Source: Streptomyces sp. (GTDB taxonomy: Bacteria > Actinomycetota > Actinomycetes > Streptomycetales > Streptomycetaceae). From it: DNA of 64,000 nt. Below, in pieces: positions 17,312 to 27,577 of the stretch. Position numbers and translations under genes: made by a program. How positions within the stretch are numbered: the stretch's first letter is position 1; every line of letters begins with the position of its first letter. The stretch spans positions 19-64,018 of the forward strand of contig JABFVM010000222.1 in the NCBI GenBank assembly GCA_013362785.1, written 5' to 3'. The notes below the pieces were generated by a model that saw nothing but the letters and a program-made list of their open reading frames with translations, did not search any database and was not told the origin of the DNA.

Positions 17312-18522
17312 AGATAGACCTCACGGACACCACCGCCAGCAAGATCAACAAAGCGCTGGTGCAGGGCCGCCGGGCCATCGGCACGCCGGCCGTCGGCATG
17401 GTGCTCACGCTGGTCATCGTGACGGACGAGGAGAACGCGTACGACGCGCTCCGGGCCGCGAACGACGCCTCGCACGAGCACCCCTCGCGCACCCTGCTGG
17501 TCATCAAGCGCGTCTCGCGCTCGCCCCGCGACCGTACGACGTCCCGGCTGGACGCCGAGGTGCGGGTGGGCGCGGACGCGGGCAGCGGGGAGACGGTCGT
17601 CCTGCGCCTGTACGGCGAGGTGTCCGACCACGCCCAGTCCGTCGTCCTTCCGCTGCTGCTGCCGGACGCCCCGGTGGTGGTCTGGTGGCCGGTGAACGCG
17701 CCGCTCGACCCGGCCAGCGACCCGCTGGGCGCGCTGGCCCAGCGCCGGGTGACCGACACCTACGCCTCGGAGCAGCCGGTGCGGGAGCTGACGGCCCGCG
17801 CCGACACCTACACGCCGGGCGACACCGACCTGTCCTGGACCCGGATCACGCCGTGGCGCTCGATGCTGGCGGCGGCTCTGGACCAGGTGGTCTGCGATGT
17901 GCAGGCCGTCGAGGTGGAGGGCGAGGAGTTCAACCCGAGCTGTGAGCTGCTGGCGATGTGGCTCGCGGACCGGCTGGACGTCCCCGTGAAGCGGTCGCTG
18001 TCGTCGGGCCCCGGTCTGACGGCGGTCCGGATGGACACCGACTGCGGCCCGATCGTGCTCGACCGGGCGGACGGCTCCCTGGCGACCCTCTCCATCCAGG
18101 GCCAGCCGGACCGTGCGGTGGCGCTGAAGCGGCGGGAGACGGCCGAGCTGATCGCGGAGGAACTGCGGCGGCTCGACCCGGACGACACCTACGCGTCGGC
18201 GCTGCGGTTCGGCGTGGAGCGGCTGAGCTCGGTGCCGGCCCCCGCGGGGCGGGGCGCTGGAGCCGCGGAAGCAGCGGAGGCGGCCGTGGCCAAGGCGGTG
18301 CAGGCCGTGGCGCTGGCGGAGGCCGCCGTGGCGAAGGCGGAGGAGTCACCGGCCGAGGAGTCCGAAGGGGCACCTGCGGACTCTCCGGGCTCTCCGGGCT
18401 CTCCGGGCTCTCCGGGCTCTCCGGGCTCTCCGGCCAAAGGAGCAGCGTCCGAGTCTTCCGGCGAAGCCGATGCGCAGGAAGCGGCGACGCAGGAACCGTT
18501 GAAGAAGGCGGCGGCGAAGTGA
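17308..18522 (+). CDS. opcA: G6PDH assembly protein OpcA with a low-complexity C-terminal tail
   Basis: EHPSR, PLLLPDAPVVVWWP, YTPGDTDLSWTR; located between zwf and pgl. Confidence 0.93.
   Translation: MKIDLTDTTASKINKALVQGRRAIGTPAVGMVLTLVIVTDEENAYDALRAANDASHEHPSRTLLVIKRVSRSPRDRTTSRLDAEVRVGADAGSGETVVLRLYGEVSDHAQSVVLPLLLPDAPVVVWWPVNAPLDPASDPLGALAQRRVTDTYASEQPVRELTARADTYTPGDTDLSWTRITPWRSMLAAALDQVVCDVQAVEVEGEEFNPSCELLAMWLADRLDVPVKRSLSSGPGLTAVRMDTDCGPIVLDRADGSLATLSIQGQPDRAVALKRRETAELIAEELRRLDPDDTYASALRFGVERLSSVPAPAGRGAGAAEAAEAAVAKAVQAVALAEAAVAKAEESPAEESEGAPADSPGSPGSPGSPGSPGSPAKGAASESSGEADAQEAATQEPLKKAAAK
18381..18433 (+). repeat. In-frame 9-bp tandem repeat (CTCTCCGGG) x ~6 encoding (SPG)n in the OpcA tail
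   Basis: Units start at 18381, 18390, 18399, 18408, 18417 and 18426. Confidence 0.95.
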
Positions 18523-19301
18523 GTACTCCACAGCTCGTCGTGCACCACGACAAGGAGCTGATGGCGCAGGCCGCGGCGGCCCGGCTGATCACGAAGATCG
18601 TGGACGCGCAGGCCTCCCGGGGCTCGGCGTCCGTGGTCCTCACGGGCGGCCGCAACGGCAACGGCCTGCTGGCCGCGCTGTCGGCGGCCCCCGCGCGGGA
18701 CGCGATCGACTGGGGCCGGCTGGACCTGTGGTGGGGCGACGAGCGTTTCCTCCCCGAGGGCGACCCCGACCGCAATGTCACGCAGGCCCGTGCGGCCCTG
18801 CTGGACACGGTGCCGCTGGATCCGAAGCGGGTGCACGCCATGCCGGCGTCGGACGGCCCGTTCGGCACGGACGTGGAGGCCGCGGCCGCCGCGTACGCGG
18901 AGGAACTGGCCAGGGCGGCGGGCCCCGAGAACCACGGCTCGGTCCCCACCTTCGACGTCCTGATGCTGGGCGTGGGCCCCGACACCCACGTCGCCTCCCT
19001 GTTCCCGGAACTCCCGGCGGTACGGGAGACGGAGCGCACGGTCGTCGGAGTCCACGGCGCCCCGAAGCCGCCCCCGACCCGCGTCACCCTCACGCTCCCC
19101 GCGATCCGGGCGGCGCGTGAGGTGTGGCTGCTGGCAGCGGGCGAGGACAAGGCCCAGGCCGCGGCGATCGCCCTCTCGGGCGCGGGCGAGATCCAGGCGC
19201 CGGCGGCGGGGGCCCGCGGCCGTTCCAGGACCCTGTGGCTCCTGGACTCGGCGGCGGCGTCACAGTTGCCGCGGTCGTTGTATCCGCCTGCGTCCGCCTG
19301 A
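18519..19301 (+). CDS. pgl: 6-phosphogluconolactonase
   Basis: LTGG, WWGDERF, LGVGPDTHVASLFP, PKPPPTRVTLT. GTGA overlap with opcA. Confidence 0.95.
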   Translation: MSTPQLVVHHDKELMAQAAAARLITKIVDAQASRGSASVVLTGGRNGNGLLAALSAAPARDAIDWGRLDLWWGDERFLPEGDPDRNVTQARAALLDTVPLDPKRVHAMPASDGPFGTDVEAAAAAYAEELARAAGPENHGSVPTFDVLMLGVGPDTHVASLFPELPAVRETERTVVGVHGAPKPPPTRVTLTLPAIRAAREVWLLAAGEDKAQAAAIALSGAGEIQAPAAGARGRSRTLWLLDSAAASQLPRSLYPPASA

Positions 19302-19308
19302 CGGAACG

Positions 19309-19354
19309 GCATGAGAACGCCGGGCCCGGTGAACGGGGCCCGGCGTTCTCATGC
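19309..19354. terminator. 19-bp perfect stem-loop between convergent pgl and dsbA-like genes
   Basis: GCATGAGAACGCCGGGCCC-N8-GGGCCCGGCGTTCTCATGC. Confidence 0.85.
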
Positions 19355-19355
19355 T

Positions 19356-20090
19356 TCACGCTGTCTTGGGGAACACGTACTCCTGCCACTCATCGGGCTC
19401 TTCCTGAATCCGCTTCAGAAGGTCCGCGAAGGCCTCGTCCTCGAAGAGCAGTCCGTTGTAGTCGACCGGGATACGCACGTCATTGATGACCGCGGTGGGC
19501 GTGCCCGGCCCCTCGGGCTCCTCCGTGCCTCCCGCGCGTTCGTAGGCCTTCTCGGAGGCCGTGACGAAGGCGCGGTACTTCATGCTCTTGACGGCGGAGT
19601 CGAACGCCGGACCACGCAGCCCGTCGACCTGGCCGGCCAGTTCGAGCAGGTAGGCGTCGGTGAAGCCGTCGACGGCCTCCTCGGGCTGGTTGTCGTACAG
19701 CACCTGGTGGTACTCCGTGAACCTGCCCTCTTCCAGCGCGGCCCGCAGGGCGTTGACCGCCTTCTTGGAGCCACTGCCGCCGACCCGGTCGTCGAGGAAC
19801 GAGGCCAGCGTGTACTGGGCGTATGCCTTCCGCTGCACCACCGCCTCTTGCAACTCCGGTGCGGCGCCGGTGGTCTCGAACTCCTCGCAGACGGGGCACC
19901 GCGGATCCTCGTAGAGATGCACGGCGACGGCGGCCGACGGATCGCCCACCACGATGGTCGTGCCGTCCGCCGCCAGCTTCTCCGACACCTCGTCCAGGCC
20001 CTCGTAGGGCACCCTGCGTTCACCGCAGCCCGCGATCGACATTCCCAACATGATCACCGTGGCCGCCACAGCGGTCGCCCGATGTCTCAT
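19356..20090 (-). CDS. DsbA-family thioredoxin-fold lipoprotein
   Basis: Lipobox IAGC, YEDPRCPVC (CxxC), GTPT cis-Pro loop. Confidence 0.85.
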   Translation of the reverse strand: MRHRATAVAATVIMLGMSIAGCGERRVPYEGLDEVSEKLAADGTTIVVGDPSAAVAVHLYEDPRCPVCEEFETTGAAPELQEAVVQRKAYAQYTLASFLDDRVGGSGSKKAVNALRAALEEGRFTEYHQVLYDNQPEEAVDGFTDAYLLELAGQVDGLRGPAFDSAVKSMKYRAFVTASEKAYERAGGTEEPEGPGTPTAVINDVRIPVDYNGLLFEDEAFADLLKRIQEEPDEWQEYVFPKTA

Positions 20091-20160
20091 CCCCACCCCT
20101 GACCTCCCCTTGAGTCAGCGAGAGGATAAGGCAGCCTGTGCGGGAATCGCGCAGCAGGGC

Positions 20161-21048
20161 CTACTTCACCGAACCCGCCATCACCCCCTGCACGAAGTGC
20201 CGCTGGAACGCGAAGAACACCACGACCGGCACCACCAGCGACACGAACGCGCCGGGTGCCAGCACATCGATGTTGCTGCCGAACTGCCGTATCTGTGACT
20301 GGAGTTCAACGGTCAGCGGCTGGGACGCACTGTCGGCGAACAGCAGGGCCACCAGCATGTCGTTCCACACCCACAGGAACTGGAAGATGGCGAGCGAGGC
20401 GATCGCCGGCCGCCCCACCGGAAGCACCAGCCGGGTGAAGATCCGCCACTCGGTGCCGCCGTCCATCCGCGCCGCCTCCAGCATCTCCTTCGGCATCTCG
20501 GCGAAGTAGTTGCGCAGCAGGAACACCGCGAACGGCAGCCCGTACGCCACATGGAAGAGGACGACGCCGGGGATCGTGCCGAACAGCCCGAGCTGGCCGA
20601 AGAGTTTGGCGACCGGGAGCAGGCCGATCTGCACGGGCACCACCAGCAGGGCCACCACGACCAGGAAGATCGCCTCGCGGCCGGGGAAGTCCAGCCACGC
20701 GAAGGCGTACCCGGCGAGGGCCGCGATGACCACCACCAGTACGGTCGCCGGCACCGAGATCAGCACGGTGTTCCAGAAGGCCTGGGTGATCCCGGAGTTG
20801 CCCAGCAGCTGCGAGTAGTTGTCGAAGGACAGCTGGCCGGGACTGGCGAGCACCGTCCACCAGCCGCCCTTCGCGGTGTCCTCGGCGGACCGCAGCGAGG
20901 AGAGGAACAGCCCGGCCAGCGGGGTCATCCACACCAGCCCGACCACCACCAGAAACGCCTGGACCAGGCTGTTGCCCAGCCCGCGCCGGACCGCGTTCAT
21001 CGTTCCGCTCTTGGTTCCGCTCCTGGTTCCGCTCATCGTTCCGCTCAT
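20161..21048 (-). CDS. Carbohydrate ABC transporter permease (AglG/MalG-like)
   Basis: EAA motif EMLEAARMDGG, WVWNDM, FVQGVMAGSVK. ATGA-coupled to the upstream permease. Confidence 0.92.
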   Translation of the reverse strand: MSGTMSGTRSGTKSGTMNAVRRGLGNSLVQAFLVVVGLVWMTPLAGLFLSSLRSAEDTAKGGWWTVLASPGQLSFDNYSQLLGNSGITQAFWNTVLISVPATVLVVVIAALAGYAFAWLDFPGREAIFLVVVALLVVPVQIGLLPVAKLFGQLGLFGTIPGVVLFHVAYGLPFAVFLLRNYFAEMPKEMLEAARMDGGTEWRIFTRLVLPVGRPAIASLAIFQFLWVWNDMLVALLFADSASQPLTVELQSQIRQFGSNIDVLAPGAFVSLVVPVVVFFAFQRHFVQGVMAGSVK

Positions 21049-21050
21049 CG
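20998..21050. repeat. 12-bp tandem repeat x4 at the permease N-terminus (MSGT-MSGT-RSGT-KSGT)
   Basis: GTTCCGCTC recurs with a 12-bp period. Confidence 0.85.
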
Positions 21051-22409
21051 CTGACTCCCTCGGAAACGACGGACGTTGAAGACCATGGCGGGGATGACCA
21101 GCAGCAGAAGCAGGACGCCCAGCGCGCTGCCCAGGCCCTGGTTGTTGCCGCCGCCGAACGACACCAGCCACATCTGGGTCGCGAGCACGGTCGCGTCCTC
21201 CTGCACCGGACCCGGCGCGATGATGTAGACGAGGTCGAAGACCTTCATCACGTTGATGACGAGGGTGACGAACACGACCGTCAGCACCGGCGCCAGCAGC
21301 GGCACCGTGATCCGCCGGAAGATCTGCCACTCGTTCGCGCCGTCCATCCGCGCCGCCTCCAGCGCGTCCCGCGGCAGGGCCGAGAGGCCCGCGCCGATCA
21401 GGACCATCGCGAAGCCCGCCCAGATCCACAGGTACGCCCCGATGATCGCCGGGGTCACGAGCGTGGGCCCGAGCCAGGAGATGCCCTCGTAGGGGGCGGC
21501 GAAGTTCGACGCCGGCAGCTTCACCGTGTACGAGCCCTCGTCGAGCCCCTCGAAGCGGAAGGAGCCGTCGGACGCCGTGGTCGCCGTGGCGACCGTCTTC
21601 CCGGCCCGCACCGCCTCGACCGTCATCTCCGGCAGCCCGCTCTCCCGCCGGTCGACCTTGCCCTGTGTCCCTCCCCCACCGGGAGTGAAGTCGAGGTACA
21701 CGACGCCGCGCAGCTCGTCAGCGCCCGCCTTCTGCCCCGCCGCCTTGTAGGCCGGCTCGGCACCGCCGGGCAGGTCGTCCGGCAGTACACCGACCAGGCC
21801 CAGCGTCAGCGCCTCGCCCGGCGACGCGCTCGCGGTCGCCCGGTAGGAGCCATCCGCCGCCTTCGTCAGCCCCTGCCCGTCACGTGCCCGGGCCGTCGGG
21901 TAGGTCGACGTGCCCTGGAAGGCGTCGTGCACGGAGACGACGGCGGCGTTCAGCACGCCCTTGTCGGGGTCCTCGTCGTAGGCGAGCCGGAAGATGATGC
22001 CGGCCGCGAGGAAGGACACCGCCATCGGCATGAACAGCAGCAGCTTGAAGGCGGTCGCCCAGCGGACCTTCTCCACCAGCACGGCCAGGATCAGGCCGAG
22101 GCCGGTGAGCAGGGCCGGGGCCACGACGACCCAGATCGTGGTGTTGCGGATGGCCTTGAGGGTGGCCGGGTCGCGGAACATCTCGGTGTAGTTCTCGCCG
22201 CCCACGAAACGGGTGCCGGAGGCGTCGAAGAAGCTGCGCCCGACGGAGAACAGCACGGGATAGACGACCAGCGCGCCCAGCAGGAGCAGCGCGGGGAAGA
22301 CGAAGAGCAGGGCGATGATCCGGGCGCGCCGCCGCGAGCGCCGGGCACGTTCCCTGCCCGGGCTCACGGCGGCCCCCCGGCTCGCCTCATTCACGAGAGT
22401 GGCGGTCAT
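21045..22409 (-). CDS. Carbohydrate ABC permease (AglF/MalF-like) with an inserted extracytoplasmic beta-sandwich
   Basis: EAA motif LEAARMDGA, KVFDLV. A ~140-aa hydrophilic insert (GVVYLD...ATT.SDGSFRFEGL..GSYTV). Confidence 0.9.
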   Translation of the reverse strand: MTATLVNEASRGAAVSPGRERARRSRRRARIIALLFVFPALLLLGALVVYPVLFSVGRSFFDASGTRFVGGENYTEMFRDPATLKAIRNTTIWVVVAPALLTGLGLILAVLVEKVRWATAFKLLLFMPMAVSFLAAGIIFRLAYDEDPDKGVLNAAVVSVHDAFQGTSTYPTARARDGQGLTKAADGSYRATASASPGEALTLGLVGVLPDDLPGGAEPAYKAAGQKAGADELRGVVYLDFTPGGGGTQGKVDRRESGLPEMTVEAVRAGKTVATATTASDGSFRFEGLDEGSYTVKLPASNFAAPYEGISWLGPTLVTPAIIGAYLWIWAGFAMVLIGAGLSALPRDALEAARMDGANEWQIFRRITVPLLAPVLTVVFVTLVINVMKVFDLVYIIAPGPVQEDATVLATQMWLVSFGGGNNQGLGSALGVLLLLLVIPAMVFNVRRFRGSQR

Positions 22410-22415
22410 GTCTGG

Positions 22416-23750
22416 TCAGCCCTGGTCCTTGTACGCCTTGGCCGCCGCGGCCTCCAGCTTCGCCGCGGTCCCCGTCGGGTCCGACGGGTCGCGCAGGAAG
22501 TCCTGCAGGAGCTTCCACTCGCCCGCGCCCTTGGTGCCGCCGAACGCCGCCGGGGCCTGGTCGGACATGTCGAAGCGGACCGAATCGCCCGCGGAGACGA
22601 GGGACTTGGCGGTCGCGCGGGTGACGTCGTCGCCGTACGACGCGAGGTCGACGTTCTTGTTCGGAGACAGGAAGCCACCGGCCTCGGCCCACACCGCGGC
22701 GGCCTCCGGAGTGGCCAGGTACTCCAGGAGTGCCATACCGGCCTTCTGGTTCTTGCCGTCCTTCAGGACGACGGCCGCGTCACCACCGCTGACCACCGGC
22801 TCCTTGCCGCCGCCGACCGCCGGGAACGGGAAGAAGTTCGCGTCCTCGCCGATCTTCTTGCCGAACTGGTCCTTGGCGACGCCCGCGACGAAGTCGCCCT
22901 CGTAGACCATGCCCGCCTCGGGCTTCGGCCCGAACACCTTCTCCACCGAGCCCGGGAAGTCGGTGTTGAGGGCGCCCTTCTGGCCGCCCGCGATCAGTTG
23001 CTTGTCCTTGAACAGCTTGCCGAGGGTGGTGAGCGCCTCGACCACCGACGCGTCGGTCCACTTCAGCTTGTGCGTGGCGAGGGCGTCGTACTTCTCGGGT
23101 CCGGCCTGGGAGAGGTAGACGTTCTCGAACCAGTCGGTGAGCGTCCAGCCGTCCTGCCCGGCGACCGAGAAGGCGGCGAGGCCCGAGTCGGAGACCGTCC
23201 GGCCGGCCTTCAGCAGGTCGTCGTACGACTTCGGCGGCTCGACGCCGGCCTGGGCGAGGGCGTCGGGGCTGTACCAGACGGTCGACTTGTGGGCGGCCTT
23301 GAAGTAGAGGCCGTAGAGGCTGCCGTCGACGCTGCCGTAGTTCTTCCACACGGGGGCGAAGTTGGCGTCCACGGACTTCTGGGCGGCACCGGACAGGGGC
23401 TTGAGCCAGTCGCTCTTGGCGAACTGCTGGAGCACGCCGACCTGCGGGACCATCACCACGTCGGGGGCGTTGCCGCCCTCGATCTTGCTGCCGACGACGG
23501 TGGAGACGTTGTCCCCGGTGGACGTGAACTGGGTCTTGGCGCCGGTCTTCTCGGTGAACGCGTCCAGCACCTTCTGGAAGTTCTTCTGCTCGGTGCCGGA
23601 CCAGACACCGGCCACGGTGACCGTCTGGCCGTCGAGCGCCTTGTCGCCGCCGCCCGCGGAGACGGGACCGCCGCCACAGGCGGTCGCGCCGAGCGCGAGG
23701 ACGAGGGAGGTACAGCCGGTGAGCAGGGTGGTACGTCGTCGCATCATCAT
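22416..23750 (-). CDS. Sugar ABC substrate-binding lipoprotein (alpha-glucoside AglE-like)
   Basis: Lipobox ATAC, KSTVWY, GWTLTDWFEN, RFDMSDQAP. Confidence 0.88.
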   Translation of the reverse strand: MMMRRRTTLLTGCTSLVLALGATACGGGPVSAGGGDKALDGQTVTVAGVWSGTEQKNFQKVLDAFTEKTGAKTQFTSTGDNVSTVVGSKIEGGNAPDVVMVPQVGVLQQFAKSDWLKPLSGAAQKSVDANFAPVWKNYGSVDGSLYGLYFKAAHKSTVWYSPDALAQAGVEPPKSYDDLLKAGRTVSDSGLAAFSVAGQDGWTLTDWFENVYLSQAGPEKYDALATHKLKWTDASVVEALTTLGKLFKDKQLIAGGQKGALNTDFPGSVEKVFGPKPEAGMVYEGDFVAGVAKDQFGKKIGEDANFFPFPAVGGGKEPVVSGGDAAVVLKDGKNQKAGMALLEYLATPEAAAVWAEAGGFLSPNKNVDLASYGDDVTRATAKSLVSAGDSVRFDMSDQAPAAFGGTKGAGEWKLLQDFLRDPSDPTGTAAKLEAAAAKAYKDQG

Positions 23751-23794
23751 CGATGTCCCTTCGGGGATGGGAGAACTGACGGTGGAGCAGGCCT

Positions 23795-23875
23795 TTTCGA
23801 ACGGAGGGTCAGCGGGCTTCGGGCCGGGGGATCAGCGGACTTCCGGCCGGTATCAGGGGGCTTTCGAACGGGGGA

Positions 23876-23883
<8 letters not shown>
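23795..23883. repeat. Degenerate ~22-bp repeats between the GH13 and SBP genes
   Basis: TTTCGAACGGAGGGTCAGCGGG (~23795) and TTTCGAACGGGGGATCAGCGGG (~23862), with two more diverged ..ATCAG.GG units between them. Confidence 0.65.
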
Positions 23884-25519
<1,636 letters not shown>

Positions 25520-25638
25520 GCATGCATGTTAAGTAGGCGTGTCAGGAGGGTGTCAATGAACTGGCCGTAAGCTACCGAGCAGTTGACCTGCCAATTTCGG
25601 ACACAATGCGACAAAACCTGGAGGGATGAGATGTCGCC

Positions 25639-25655
25639 GTTACCTAACAGGTAAC
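25639..25655. promoter_or_regulatory. Palindromic operator candidate GTTACCT-AAC-AGGTAAC
   Basis: Its 13-bp core is the exact reverse complement of the core at 26994-27006. Confidence 0.6.
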
Positions 25656-25658
25656 TAT

Positions 25659-26936
25659 TCAGCGCGCGACGGCGTCCAGTTCCCGCGCCAGCCGGCGCAC
25701 CGCCGCCTCGGGCGTCTCCCGCCCGCTCATCGCGTCGCGCACAACCGCCTGCACCACCAGGCTCACCTGGTCGTAGCGCGGGCTCTTGGGGCGCGGCGCC
25801 GCCCTGAGCACGCTCTCGCGCAGGGTCGGCAGATACGGGAACTCCCGCACCAGTTCGGGATCTTCGTATACGTCGGCCCGTACGGGCGGCAGCGCGCCCC
25901 GCGTCAGGACCTGGCGCTGGACGCGCTCACTGGTCAGATAGGTGATCAGCCGGGCGGCCGAGTCGGGGTGCCGGGCGTGTGTGCTGACGGCGAGGTTGGA
26001 GCCGCCGAGGACGCTCATCCCCGGTCCGCCCGGCCCCGGCAGCGGTACGGCGCCGACCTTCCCGGCGACCGGCGAGCCCTTGGCCGACGCGGCGACATAG
26101 GCGTACGGCCAATTGCGGAGGAAGAGCAGGCGGCCGTCCTGGAAGGCCTGCTTGGACTCCTCCTCCTTGTACGTCAGCGCCCGTTTCGGGATCCAGCCCT
26201 CGCGTACGCCCCGGGAGAGGAAGTCGATGCCCTCGCGGGCGGCCGTCGAGTCGACGGTGACCCGCTCGCCCTCGTCGCCGAGGATCGAGCCGCCCGCCGA
26301 GTAGACGGCCTCGGCCGCGTTGACGGTGAGGCCCTCGTAGGGCAGGAACTGCCCCGCGTAGCCGTCGAGACCGTACTTCGGGGCGATGGTCTTCGCCTGC
26401 TGCTCCAGCTCGGCCCAGGTGCGCGGCGGGTCGACGCCCTCCTTGGCGAGGATGTCCTTGCGATAGAGGAGCAGGCCGGCGTTGGTGACGTACGGGACCG
26501 CGTACAGCTGTCCGTCGTAGGTTGCCGTGTCCACGACCGGCTGCAGGAAGGTGTCGAGCGGGAAGCGGTCGCGGGGCAGTGGGCGGATCCAGCCGTGTGC
26601 CGCGAACTCCGAGGTCCAGCTGACGTCGATGTTGAGCAGGTCGAAACGGCCGCCGTCGTCGCCGTTGCCCTCGCGCAGGTCGGTGATCATCTGCGCACGG
26701 GTCTCGTCGGCGGAGTCCGGCAGCTCGACGAGGGTGACCTTCTCGTCCGGGTGGGTGCGGTTCCAGCCCTCCAGGAGGGGGCCGAGATAACCGGTGAGGT
26801 CTCCGGCGGTGGCGAGGGTCAGCGGCCCTCGGCCGCTTCCCGCACCCTCGTCCGCGTGGACACCGGAGGCGAAATAGCCGGTCATGACCACGACCAGAAC
26901 AAGAAGGCCCCTACCCGCGGCATGGATCCACCGCAT
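25659..26936 (-). CDS. Sugar-binding protein, trehalose/maltose-type, with no lipobox
   Basis: DVSWTSEFA, LLYRKD, YEGLTVN and FLRNWPY motifs. The hydrophobic N-terminus lacks Cys. Confidence 0.85.
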   Translation of the reverse strand: MRWIHAAGRGLLVLVVVMTGYFASGVHADEGAGSGRGPLTLATAGDLTGYLGPLLEGWNRTHPDEKVTLVELPDSADETRAQMITDLREGNGDDGGRFDLLNIDVSWTSEFAAHGWIRPLPRDRFPLDTFLQPVVDTATYDGQLYAVPYVTNAGLLLYRKDILAKEGVDPPRTWAELEQQAKTIAPKYGLDGYAGQFLPYEGLTVNAAEAVYSAGGSILGDEGERVTVDSTAAREGIDFLSRGVREGWIPKRALTYKEEESKQAFQDGRLLFLRNWPYAYVAASAKGSPVAGKVGAVPLPGPGGPGMSVLGGSNLAVSTHARHPDSAARLITYLTSERVQRQVLTRGALPPVRADVYEDPELVREFPYLPTLRESVLRAAPRPKSPRYDQVSLVVQAVVRDAMSGRETPEAAVRRLARELDAVAR

Positions 26937-26992
26937 AGGTTCCTCCCTGTACACCTGGCACCGGGCTTCGTCGTCCGGGTCAGAGGCCATGT

Positions 26993-27007
26993 ATACCTGT
27001 TAGGTAT
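26993..27007. promoter_or_regulatory. Palindromic operator candidate ATACCT-GTT-AGGTAT in the SBP/padR divergent region
   Basis: Perfect 6-bp inverted repeat ~55 bp before the padR start. Confidence 0.65.
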
Positions 27008-27061
27008 GGGCGATACTAGGGCCTGCGGCACATTAACTCGGGATGCGGGAGGAGAGCACGA

Positions 27062-27577
27062 GTGCGGCTGCCCCTCCTGGCCCTGCTGGCGCGTGGCTCG
27101 GCGCACGGCTACGAGCTGAAGCAGGACCTTGAGCAGATGCTGGGCTCCGCGTACCCTCAGCCGAACGTGGGCCAGATCTATGTCACCCTCGGCCGCCTGG
27201 AGAAATCGGGGCTGATCGAGGGCGAGGACGTCGAGCAGTCGAGCCGGCCCAACAAGAAGGTCTACCACCTCACCGACGCCGGGCGTGAGGCGCTGCGCGC
27301 CTGGTTCGAGGACACCGAGGACGAGCCTCGGGTGCGGGACGAGTTCTTCATGAAGCTGGCTCTCGCCCCGCAGACCGGCCTCGCCGACCAGGTGGCCCTC
27401 ATCAACAAGCAGCGGCGCCAGTACTTGAACACCATGCGTCAACTGTCGAAACTGGCCGCCGCCGAGAACCGGGACAACCGCATCGCCCACCTGCTGATAG
27501 AGGGCGCGATGCTGCATCTGCAGGCCGACCTGGACTGGCTGGAGCGGTGCCAGGAAGAGCTGGAGGAGTTGGAGTGA
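27062..27577 (+). CDS. PadR-family transcriptional regulator
   Basis: HGYELK, GQIYVTLGRLEKSGLI, KKVYHLTDAGR, C-terminal LQADLDWL. Confidence 0.92.
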   Translation: MRLPLLALLARGSAHGYELKQDLEQMLGSAYPQPNVGQIYVTLGRLEKSGLIEGEDVEQSSRPNKKVYHLTDAGREALRAWFEDTEDEPRVRDEFFMKLALAPQTGLADQVALINKQRRQYLNTMRQLSKLAAAENRDNRIAHLLIEGAMLHLQADLDWLERCQEELEELE

